Assembly (NCBI GenBank): GCA_964486045.1
Contig: CAZALK010000004.1
Span: 128,001 to 192,000 of the forward strand
DNA from: an uncultured archaeon
GTDB taxonomy: Archaea > Asgardarchaeota > Lokiarchaeia > Sigyniarchaeales > SOKP01
Direction: 5' to 3'
DNA length: 64,000 nt
The translations under genes were made by a program, and so were the position numbers. Every line of letters starts with the position of its first letter. The stretch's first letter is position 1. Shown here piece by piece: positions 1 through 8,345 of the stretch. Under the pieces are notes generated by a model. It saw nothing but the letters and a program-made list of their open reading frames with translations. It ran no database searches and was not told where the DNA came from.

Positions 1-461
1 GGTTTTGTTTTTTTGTTAATGATTTTTAAGATTTCAGAACAATTAATTTTCTTACTATTACCAATCGTAAAAAAGGGCTCATTTAATGCATCCAAATTGA
101 CAGAAAAATCAAAAGCTTGGTGATCGACTAAACCTGGACCTAAATATTTCGCTATAACGATAATAGTGCCATTATTTTGAGAAATGTCAATATGATTGTT
201 TGCTGAGGTGGTTGCTTGATATATGGAGAGATGGGTGAAATCTTTTATCTTATTAATTTCATTTATATCTTGTTTATTTTTTATAATCTGGTCATGTTTA
301 GACTTTTTTTTTCCATTAAATAAGGCATCGAGAGCGATTAATCGGTATTCCGCATCCTTTTTCAACGTATTTGAAATAATAAATTTAATAAATTTCTTTA
401 TTTGATTCCATTTTGATTTTTTAGTTATTCCAATAATCTCTCTGAGAGTTTCTTCGGACAT
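1..461 (-). CDS. Hypothetical protein, 3'-truncated by the window edge (not in ORF track)
   Basis: Manual translation from ATG at 461 (MSEETLREIIGITKKSKWNQIKKFIKF...) stays open to position 1; no recognisable motif. Confidence 0.6.
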   Translation of the reverse strand, partial: MSEETLREIIGITKKSKWNQIKKFIKFIISNTLKKDAEYRLIALDALFNGKKKSKHDQIIKNKQDINEINKIKDFTHLSIYQATTSANNHIDISQNNGTIIVIAKYLGPGLVDHQAFDFSVNLDALNEPFFTIGNSKKINCSEILKIINKKTK

Positions 462-633
462 AAAATATTCATCTTAATGGCAACTCTAAGTTACCTCAAC
501 ACTTCCAAAAAATAAATAGAAAATTGGCTTAATATGTTTTTATTTTTAAATAATGTTATATATTTAAAAATTATAATTCCAGGCCTGCTTATCGGAGACG
601 AATTTATACGGGATAATTAATCTAAATACGGAG

Positions 634-677
634 AATTGGGCTTAAATATTACTGTAAGCAAAAATATGAACCCAATT
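634..677 (-). terminator. Hairpin in the 3' region of the Rab-like GTPase gene
   Basis: Minus strand AAUUGGGUU...AGCCCAAUU 9-bp stem (one G-U) plus inner AUAUU/AAUAU, about 20 nt after the stop. Confidence 0.35.
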
Positions 678-699
678 GTTTATCTCTCTCTTTTTATCC

Positions 700-1227
700 T
701 TATTTCTTAACCATACGTCGTGTAAGGTCAAGAAAAGCTTTTTCAACATTTTCTCCAGTTTTTGCTGAGGTTTCGAAATAAGAGCATTTTTCATTATGAG
801 AATATTTTTCTATAGTACTCCGATCTATAATCTGACCTATTTGTTCCATTAAATCGCTTTTATTTCCTATAATTACTTTTGGTATTTCTTGTGCCATAAT
901 ACTACGCATCTCTGAAAGCCAAGATTTCATTCCTGAAAATGTATTTTGTCTTGAGAGATCAAATACAAGTAATGCGCCTGATGCACCTTCATAAAAGCCG
1001 CGATGTAGAAATTTAAATCTTTCTTGACCACCAATATCCCATATATGGAGTTTAATAAATTTAGACGGTTGAAATTCCAAATTTTTAGTTAAAAAATCAG
1101 CACCAATCGTCAATTTATATTTCAAAGCAAATTCCTTATGTACAAACCTGTTTAGTAGACTAGTTTTACCAACCGCACTTGGTCCGACAATTATGACTTT
1201 AAAAGACAAATCTACATTATCATTCAT
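700..1227 (-). CDS. Rab-like small GTPase (Ras superfamily, Asgard eukaryotic signature protein)
   Basis: G1 GPSAVGKT, G2 TIGADF, G3 WDIGGQE, G4 NKSD, G5 ETSAK; RabF-like ERFKFL and FYEGA; no C-terminal Cys prenylation motif. Confidence 0.95.
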   Translation of the reverse strand: MNDNVDLSFKVIIVGPSAVGKTSLLNRFVHKEFALKYKLTIGADFLTKNLEFQPSKFIKLHIWDIGGQERFKFLHRGFYEGASGALLVFDLSRQNTFSGMKSWLSEMRSIMAQEIPKVIIGNKSDLMEQIGQIIDRSTIEKYSHNEKCSYFETSAKTGENVEKAFLDLTRRMVKK

Positions 1228-1467
1228 TTTATCGTTAAATCTATAATCATTTATTATCTTATTAAATTTAATCTAGAGGTTAGTTCTTTATCTGATTAAT
1301 TTTATAAATCTTTATCAACTAATTCGTTTATAAGATTTTACAACCAATCCAAAACGATAAAAAAACTGTTTTTTAGTTTAACAAATATTATTAAACTTCT
1401 TTAACCATAATTATATCAAAATTATATCAAAAAAAAATAAACTCTATTCAAAAAAACAGTTTAAAAT

Positions 1468-2367
1468 TTGCCGAATCCTAATCCCGAGAAGGAGTCAATT
1501 CGCTATGCAACGCGTGATGGAGAGAACAAGTTAATTCCCCCATTTCCTGTTGATCCTTGGGAATTGACTAAGCAAACACGTAAGGTTGTTTGTAAAGAAG
1601 TCAATGGTATAGTTCACCGGAAATATACCGATTTTTACGCTGTGGGTGTTTATGGAGGAATTGCTACAGCATATTCTGTCGGATGCAACTTTAGGTGTAT
1701 ATTTTGCTGGGTGGATTGGAGTCGTGACTGGCCGGAGCTCTATGGAGACTTTTACTCACCTGATATGGTTTACTCAAAATTACGGCAGGTAATGTCAGGT
1801 AAAGGTTTGAGAAGAGCTAGGATAAGTGGTGCTGAACCTACTCTATGCCCGGATCATCTCTGTGGAGTCCTAGAACTAGTTCACCAAGAATCTGATGCCT
1901 TTGACCTTTTTGTGATTGAAACAAATGGCGTTGTTCTCGCGCATGATGAGAACTTAGCAACACGTCTTGCTAAATATGCTTCTCGAAATTCAGGCGATGG
2001 GACTGTTGGTCATGTGCGTTTGTCAATAAGGGGGGGATTACCTGAATCATTTGAAGAAAAAACAGGAAATGAAAAAGATTTCGTGGATCTCCCGTTTAAA
2101 GCTGCTAGGAGACTTTGGGATGCAGGTGTATCATTCCACGTTGCTGTGGTGGTCGATCCGCGATTTACATCTGAGGAAGATAAAGCAACAATCTATAGAA
2201 AGCTAAAAAATATTGATCCAATGTTGAAAAAAGAAGTGGAAGAAGAATTTTTATCTCCCTATCCTCATGCTCTTGTGAGACTTAGAGCTGTAGGTCGAAC
2301 AGACGTGACAGGGAAGGAAATGAAATTAAAGGAACGCGCAGCACTAGGCGGAAAACCTCCTAATTAA
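1468..2367 (+). CDS. Radical SAM Fe-S protein (uncharacterised archaeal family)
   Basis: CNFRCIFC (CxxxCxxC), SGAEP, IETNG; N-terminal YGGIATA..VGC; TTG start uncertain. Confidence 0.85.
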   Translation: MPNPNPEKESIRYATRDGENKLIPPFPVDPWELTKQTRKVVCKEVNGIVHRKYTDFYAVGVYGGIATAYSVGCNFRCIFCWVDWSRDWPELYGDFYSPDMVYSKLRQVMSGKGLRRARISGAEPTLCPDHLCGVLELVHQESDAFDLFVIETNGVVLAHDENLATRLAKYASRNSGDGTVGHVRLSIRGGLPESFEEKTGNEKDFVDLPFKAARRLWDAGVSFHVAVVVDPRFTSEEDKATIYRKLKNIDPMLKKEVEEEFLSPYPHALVRLRAVGRTDVTGKEMKLKERAALGGKPPN

Positions 2368-2508
2368 GAAAATTGGAATAGTTAACTAAAAGTTTTAGTG
2401 ATATCCCTATTTGACTCAATTAGTTAAAAAATCTTAAATATAAAGTAATTAAAATACGAGAAAAAAGTTTTCCTTATAAGACAAATATTTGATATTCCCT
2501 AAAATTTA

Positions 2509-2676
2509 TCATATAAGGTTTTTCTGCTTCTTTAAAAATTGAATTGTGCGAAATAAATGTAATTCAAAAAGCATTTCATCTTGAGGAAATTCATCCCGTA
2601 ATTCCTGAATTAAATCTTCTTTTTCTTTTTCTGTCAAATTTAATTCTTCTAAAAGATTTTCTATATCATATAACAT
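2509..2676 (-). CDS. Small helical protein, probable antitoxin partner of the upstream PIN gene
   Basis: 55 aa acidic helical protein (EFPQDEMLFELHL) starting 10 nt after the PIN-like gene's stop. Confidence 0.55.
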   Translation of the reverse strand: MLYDIENLLEELNLTEKEKEDLIQELRDEFPQDEMLFELHLFRTIQFLKKQKNLI

Positions 2677-2686
2677 ATTATATCCT

Positions 2687-3028
2687 CTATAATTCTGGTG
2701 GGGCAAGAATCTCTATGGCTTTATACCCTTCTTTTAAATTAATCAAATTGACTCCGATACGAGTTTTCCTTTTAACTAGATGTTTAAAATTCCAGCTAAT
2801 TAATATATCTAATGAATAAACTGAAGTTAGGGCGATTAATAATGCATCATTCTCATATTTTTCTGGAATTAAACTCTCATAGATATATCTCTTTGTTAAA
2901 TTACTAACTTCTTTACTTATTTCAATCTTCTGACCTTTCATTAATAGAGCCTTCAGTTTTTCTTTTAGCTTTTCATTAGATATAGCGTCAATTTCCTCGT
3001 TAAGCTTCAAATTTGAAAGTTCATATTT
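2687..3028 (-). pseudogene. PIN-domain (VapC-like) toxin, N-terminally truncated
   Basis: C-terminal PIN motifs NDALLIA and LISWNFKH present; the frame extends only to GKYELSNL, preceded by in-frame TGA, so the first catalytic Asp strand is missing. Confidence 0.65.
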
Positions 3029-3159
3029 TCCTCAATCTTCAAAAGATACTAAACAATTGAGACTTAAATATTTTAACTGAATTCAAACTAAAATAAGAAT
3101 ATAAGTTTTATTTAGCTTTTTCGGTTTAACGAGTTTATATCTATTTATGAATTACAGTT

Positions 3160-3180
3160 AAAAAAAAAAAAAAAAAAAAA
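3160..3180 (-). terminator. 21-nt U-tract, probable archaeal intrinsic terminator
   Basis: A21 on plus strand, 20 nt downstream of the minus-strand stop at 3200. Confidence 0.55.
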
Positions 3181-3199
3181 TCTTCTTAGTCATTAGATT

Positions 3200-3523
3200 T
3201 TATTCTGCTACCCGACGGAGCATCATTTCCAGCTTTCCATTTGATCTTTTCGTACCTATAACGAATTGCTTAGGTTTTCCTGTTTGGACAGGATAATTTA
3301 CATAAATATCGATGGGAAACTTATGCTTTTGAGCTTTTTGCAGATTATCTTCACTCGGAATTAAAGTTCTTTCCGTGAGTGTGATATAATATACACTTGT
3401 ACTGCTATTACACTTAGGGCACCCGGGAATAAATTTAGAACTTATAAAAATAACAGGATCCTCAAACTTTGGAAGATTTTTTTTGAGAAACTCGCGCATC
3501 TCTCCCATTGCAATTACTTCCAT
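3200..3523 (-). CDS. Hypothetical protein with a single CxxC (CPKC)
   Basis: 107-aa ORF co-oriented just downstream of the SagB-like gene and followed by a U-tract. Confidence 0.6.
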   Translation of the reverse strand: MEVIAMGEMREFLKKNLPKFEDPVIFISSKFIPGCPKCNSSTSVYYITLTERTLIPSEDNLQKAQKHKFPIDIYVNYPVQTGKPKQFVIGTKRSNGKLEMMLRRVAE

Positions 3524-3566
3524 ATTAGAAGATAAATTAAATTGTACTATTTAACTTGTTCATTTT

Positions 3567-4310
3567 TCATCTACTTTTACCAACTATACCCATGTATATG
3601 GTAAACTCTTCATTTTCATCTAAATCTAATAATTCGTTTATTTCATTATCATAATACCTTCCTATAACACACGCATTTAACCCTAAAGCCTCGGTAGCTA
3701 AATACATATTTTGGCCAATATGACCAGCATCTAAGTAAATATATCGATAGCTGCGCTCCCCATATGTAATCCTTGTCCGTTCAATCATCGCGGTCAAGAC
3801 TAAAATTACTGCTGATTTAGCTACCATTCTCTGGCCATAACTAGCATCAGTAAATGACTTTCCAAAGTCTCCTCCATGCAATAATTCCAGTTCGTGTTTT
3901 TTGATATCGTAATGATAAATTCCTTTCTCTACTTCATTAACCTTATTGATTATAGGGTAGATTTCTATAGGAAATTTTGCTCCTGCGGAAGGTACAGTCC
4001 GAAAAGCAAAATTAGGAAATTTCCTTGTAAGACCAGACATCCCGAATAAAAGCGAACTTAAATCCATCTTTGATATCGGTTTAATACTAAAAACCCTTGA
4101 AGTATGCCTCTTACTTACAATATCCCAAAACTGTGTATCTGGTGAAAATTCTGGTTTCGGAAGCTGGACTCTTGGCGAATCTTCCTCGTATCTTTTATAT
4201 AATTCTGGTGTTTGCTTACCTGTTGGATTTGAGGATCTATCTATACCCCGAATATTTTTTGACTTTTGCTGGAATATTTCTCCATTTAATCTTTTTTTCT
4301 CATTAATCAT
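3567..4310 (-). CDS. SagB/ThcOx-type nitroreductase-family FMN dehydrogenase
   Basis: KRHTSRVF, RTVPSAGAKFPIEIY, YGERSYRYIYLDAGHIGQN..L. Confidence 0.9.
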   Translation of the reverse strand: MINEKKRLNGEIFQQKSKNIRGIDRSSNPTGKQTPELYKRYEEDSPRVQLPKPEFSPDTQFWDIVSKRHTSRVFSIKPISKMDLSSLLFGMSGLTRKFPNFAFRTVPSAGAKFPIEIYPIINKVNEVEKGIYHYDIKKHELELLHGGDFGKSFTDASYGQRMVAKSAVILVLTAMIERTRITYGERSYRYIYLDAGHIGQNMYLATEALGLNACVIGRYYDNEINELLDLDENEEFTIYMGIVGKSR

Positions 4311-4480
4311 AGTTAAAACTTTACCCCTAAACTTTATAAAGTTAATTATAGATGTAATTCAGGAAATAAATATTTCTACTGGTAGTACTATGGATTTGAC
4401 TCGTAAAAATTGTCCAAATTGGTTTAAATATCACAGAAAGAGGTAATCTCTTATATCTATTTTATTGATAAAATTGATAA

Positions 4481-4813
4481 TTCGCATTTATTTATGAGAC
4501 AAAGGGTGTAGACATTAAATCAATAGAGACAGCTGATGAAGCTTTATACATCCTCAAAACCTTGACTCCTAGAGTAATATTACTTGATATTAACTTAAAG
4601 ACTAGCAGAATAAGTGGTGACAAATTATGCCAAATGCTAAAATCGAGCCCTCAATACAACTTAATTCCAATAATTCTAATATCTGCTATTTTTTCAGAAA
4701 AAGAAAAGGAGGAAATTTTGACAAGGACAGGAGCAGATGATATTATTTTTAAACCCATTGACGAATTGAAAGACTTAGATGTTCTATTTAAATATCTAAA
4801 GCAGCAATATTGA
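4481..4813 (+). pseudogene. Response regulator receiver domain lacking its N-terminal strand
   Basis: Frame KGVDIKSIETADEAL..PRVILLDINL..G..LC..IPIILISA..GADDIIFKP; in-frame TAA at 4478 and no beta1 acidic pair. Confidence 0.65.
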
Positions 4814-5012
4814 AAAGAGAAATCGATTTTTTTAATTCTTTAATTTTTTTTTTTTTAAAAATACTCAGTCCTTAACAATTTACCTAAATAACTTATATAT
4901 ATTCTAAAAATCAAAATAATAATAAATCTTGTTCTATTTAAAGTGAAATATAGTAGAAGTTACTCATTGGAAGTATTTTGAGCTTAGTTGGAGGATCTTA
5001 ACACGGGAATAA

Positions 5013-5348
5013 ATGAAGTTAAATATGTTAAAGTCTGTTGTAAATCAGGTATTGAGAGAGTCATCAGGTGATTCATAAGGATATATAATTGATCCATTTT
5101 ATCATTATACACCCGAAACCGAAATTATGATAGATCTAAAGTCGGGTACTTTTACTCCAGAATTGGAAGGAGATGATGTTGAAAGGTATTACAAATCTAT
5201 TATTGATTGGTTTCATAAAGTGCCCCCAAAAGAAGGGATTTCAATTGAGATAATTGATAAAGCTATTTTAAAGATAAGTCCTCAAGGTAAGGAATGTATT
5301 ATTGAAGCTCAAGGACGAAAATTTACTTCTTTTATAAAATTTAAATAA
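5013..5348 (+). pseudogene. Hypothetical protein gene interrupted by in-frame TAA
   Basis: ATG 5013 MKLNMLKSVVNQVLRESSGDS*GYIIDPFYHY... continues in frame into ORF 5127-5348; TAA at 5076-5078. Confidence 0.55.
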
Positions 5349-5376
5349 TTAAACAAAATTTGCATATTAATCTATT

Positions 5377-5577
5377 ATGATTGATGATGTAGCTTTATCA
5401 TTGAAAAAAGCTTACGAGAAAGGAGAAAATATAACTCAAAAAGAAGCTCAGAAAATGCTTGAGCAATTACATCTAGGAGTTTTCTATATTGTTGTAAGGA
5501 CCACCTGGTGCAATCAAAAAACCATTGAACTGCGAAATTGTATTTTCAGTAATATCTTGTGTAAATATCCAAAATGA
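5377..5577 (+). CDS. Short hypothetical ORF or gene fragment
   Basis: 66-aa ORF with no motif in a region of decayed genes. Confidence 0.3.
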   Translation: MIDDVALSLKKAYEKGENITQKEAQKMLEQLHLGVFYIVVRTTWCNQKTIELRNCIFSNILCKYPK

Positions 5578-5851
5578 ATCTAAATCACACTGAAGCAGAT
5601 CTTTTGAATGTAAATACCCTTATTCGTAGCCAGGTGTGTTTCAGATTTCGAATTCAAGTCACCGATATTGGCTAGTTTCATTGTCATAATTATATAGATA
5701 AATTATAACATCTATGCTTCATAGATAAATTTTTGAATATAAATTGCTATATTATGAACTCACGTTTCCATTTTTTAATCGATAGCTTAAAGAAAGCTAG
5801 TATATAATCAAAGGGATATTTTTTAAATTAAACACCATTTCTCTTAGTAGA

Positions 5852-7153
5852 ATGGATATCATCCTACCCGCAATAGTATTGATCTTGGTTTTATTTACTA
5901 TCTTGATGATATTTTTTTCACAAAATAAGATCGATTATTTCCCTGTTGCATTAATCATAGGGGCAATTGCAGTAGTCTTAATACCCATATTTGGTATTGA
6001 ACAGGAAAAAATTCCTGGTTTTATCAACTTTAGCACCTTAATTTTTATTTTTGCGATGCAAATTATCATCCATTTTGCATCATCTAACGGTGTTTTAGAT
6101 TATATCGCGATCAAATTGATTCATATGACGAAAGGGAATAACCGGTTATTTTTCTATATGATATGCTTGTTTACAGGTATATTGGTTGCATTTATTGAGG
6201 ATCTAACCCTTTCGTTAATAATAGTTCCGTTGATCTATAGAACATGCCGGGTTTTAAAGATTCGTGCTGGTACCTACATGATGGGTATGACAATTACTAT
6301 AAACATAGGGGCAATACTTACGCCTGTCTCGAGTTTAAAGAATTTGATAATTGGGGCAGAATTTGGGTGGGGTTTTGCTGAGTATCTCGCCAATATGGGT
6401 ATTTTATACTTAATCACGTTAATTTCCACCATTTTTCTTATGGATCGGTTTATTTTGAAAAAAGAAGAAACTCCAACTGAGGAGAACAAGAAGATCTTAC
6501 TATCAACACTCGACCCAGCTATTGTTATCAGAGATAGAACATACTTTTTCATGACAGTTGTCATTGTTCTAGCCACTTTTATATTCATGATCTTAGGATT
6601 CAGCCCTGCTCTTGTCGCAATTGTATCCGCAGCTATTCTTCTTCTTATTCACTCTAAGAAAACGAATTTTTCTGAAATTAAGAAAGATATCGAATGGAAG
6701 CTCCTCATAACATTTGCGGTTTTGTTCATTCTTACAAATTCTTTATCAGGATTTGGCTTTTCAGAGTTAATTTCCACAGGATTGGTGAACTTTATAAATA
6801 ATAACATTTATCTCGCTGTTTTGATAACATTATTCATTTCAACTCTTTTGTCCGCATTTCTTGCTGGCACACCCGTTACTCTCCTCCTTCTTCCGATCAT
6901 TTCGACAATTATCGTAAACGGGAGTTTCCTTCCTAACCCGATCATCATTGCTTTCATAGGCGGTGTTAATATGGCAGGTAATTTTTTACCACAAGGTTCT
7001 GCCTGTGACCTTCTTACTCTGTCATTGGCAAAAAAATATAATGTGGAGAATTTGGGGTACAAGCGGTTACTTAAAAATGGTTCACGTTTCGCTCTGTTTC
7101 ACTTCTTAATTATTTTGGGATATACAATGGTTTATACTTTAATTTTAGGTTAA
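5852..7153 (+). CDS. ArsB/NhaD/SLC13 (IT superfamily) permease
   Basis: About 11-12 TM segments; AFIEDLT, NIGAILTPVSSLKN and NMAGNFLPQGSACD repeats typical of IT-family transporters. Confidence 0.85.
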   Translation: MDIILPAIVLILVLFTILMIFFSQNKIDYFPVALIIGAIAVVLIPIFGIEQEKIPGFINFSTLIFIFAMQIIIHFASSNGVLDYIAIKLIHMTKGNNRLFFYMICLFTGILVAFIEDLTLSLIIVPLIYRTCRVLKIRAGTYMMGMTITINIGAILTPVSSLKNLIIGAEFGWGFAEYLANMGILYLITLISTIFLMDRFILKKEETPTEENKKILLSTLDPAIVIRDRTYFFMTVVIVLATFIFMILGFSPALVAIVSAAILLLIHSKKTNFSEIKKDIEWKLLITFAVLFILTNSLSGFGFSELISTGLVNFINNNIYLAVLITLFISTLLSAFLAGTPVTLLLLPIISTIIVNGSFLPNPIIIAFIGGVNMAGNFLPQGSACDLLTLSLAKKYNVENLGYKRLLKNGSRFALFHFLIILGYTMVYTLILG

Positions 7154-7321
7154 GAGAAAAGTACCATCAAAGAAGACACGATTATTATTCGGATTCTCGT
7201 ATTCACAGGATCTATTTAATCATTCATTTTGACATATATTGTTTGAGTTATCTAAAAGATTTGAATGCTCTTGATGAGATCTGGGGGCTGTTTAATTTTC
7301 TTATCGTTTTATAAAATGATC

Positions 7322-7609
7322 TTATAAAATTCTCTTGAAATCTTCCATAATTAAATTAGATGGGATACCCAGTTGAGACATTTTGAGAATAAGGTCGTGC
7401 AAAGAAACTCTCGCAATTTCCGCTGCTCGTTCAATGGAGATTTCTTTTCTCAAATATTTTTGGAGAGCAAAATTTAAACGTTCTTGATGTAAACCTTCAA
7501 TTAAAATTTTCCTTACTAATGCAGACCTATCCAGATTTTCTTGTTCTGCGAGCTCTTCAAATTCCTTAATTAAATTTTCATCTAGTCTTAAATTCATTTG
7601 TTTGGTCAT
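7322..7609 (-). CDS. UPF0175-family antitoxin (RHH + HTH)
   Basis: N-terminal RHH KQMNLRLD..DRSALVR; C-terminal ISIERAAEIARVS; 4-nt overlap with the PIN gene. Confidence 0.85.
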   Translation of the reverse strand: MTKQMNLRLDENLIKEFEELAEQENLDRSALVRKILIEGLHQERLNFALQKYLRKEISIERAAEIARVSLHDLILKMSQLGIPSNLIMEDFKRIL

Positions 7610-8133
7610 TTATTTTCCTCCATAGATTTATTATTTTTTGTTTTATTAATTTCTTCTGCTTTTTTATTAAAAAATATGATAATCTCTGGTTTTAATACTT
7701 TAATAACAGCAAGTTCTCCGAATAAGGTATTAAATTTTTCATAATCTATTATTGATCTTTTAAGAAGATCTAATAAAATTATTTCAGAAGTTTTAGGTTG
7801 CAAACCTACACTTATAGCTAGATTCAATGCTTGGTGATCATCGGTTACAAGTATCCATTCATTTTTAAGGCAAATTTCTATAGTGCTTTTTTCTCCTTTT
7901 CCTAAATTTTTAGTCGAAAAAAGATCCTGTATTCTATAATCGGTTTCTTTAATAATTTTCTTCGCAATATTTTTTTTCAATGCTTTTGCGTCTTTAAACC
8001 TCTCAATATCTTCTATTAATTCATTCTTAACCGTTGAACTTATGATTAGATCTCCTAATTTAGGGAGCATTTCCTTTATATTAATTTTAGTTAAATATAT
8101 TAGTGAACAAGCATCAAAAACATATTTTTTCAT
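7606..8133 (-). CDS. PIN-domain toxin (DUF3368-like)
   Basis: VFDACSLI, LGKGEKSTI, LVTDDHQA. Confidence 0.85.
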   Translation of the reverse strand: MKKYVFDACSLIYLTKINIKEMLPKLGDLIISSTVKNELIEDIERFKDAKALKKNIAKKIIKETDYRIQDLFSTKNLGKGEKSTIEICLKNEWILVTDDHQALNLAISVGLQPKTSEIILLDLLKRSIIDYEKFNTLFGELAVIKVLKPEIIIFFNKKAEEINKTKNNKSMEENK

Positions 8134-8144
8134 TTAATTAAATA

Positions 8145-8166
8145 TAGCAATGCTAGCATTTATATC
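8145..8166 (-). promoter_or_regulatory. Palindromic operator plus TATA box of TA operon 1
   Basis: Perfect palindrome AATGCTAGCATT (8149-8160) overlapping TAGCAATGCTA, abutting GATATAAA about 26-33 nt upstream of ATG 8133. Confidence 0.55.
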
Positions 8167-8345
8167 TTTTTGTTATCAATTCATAGCTTTACTATTATCT
8201 TTATTTTCTTTTTTTGCTCAATAAATACCCCAAATTAAAGGAGTGCACTTTTCGCTATGTACTGAGAAAAGATTTTTTAAGGAAATTAAAATAATAGACG
8301 AGGAGATGAAAAGAAATTATGTGGACAAAATCAAAAATAGGTAGA

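Noticed and set aside
3567-4310. Thiazole/oxazole RiPP cluster
   Set aside because: No YcaO, E1-like protein or precursor peptide; stand-alone SagB-like genes are common in archaea
5852-7153. arsB as part of the arsenic system
   Set aside because: Only superfamily-level similarity and about 46 kb from arsM; substrate cannot be assigned
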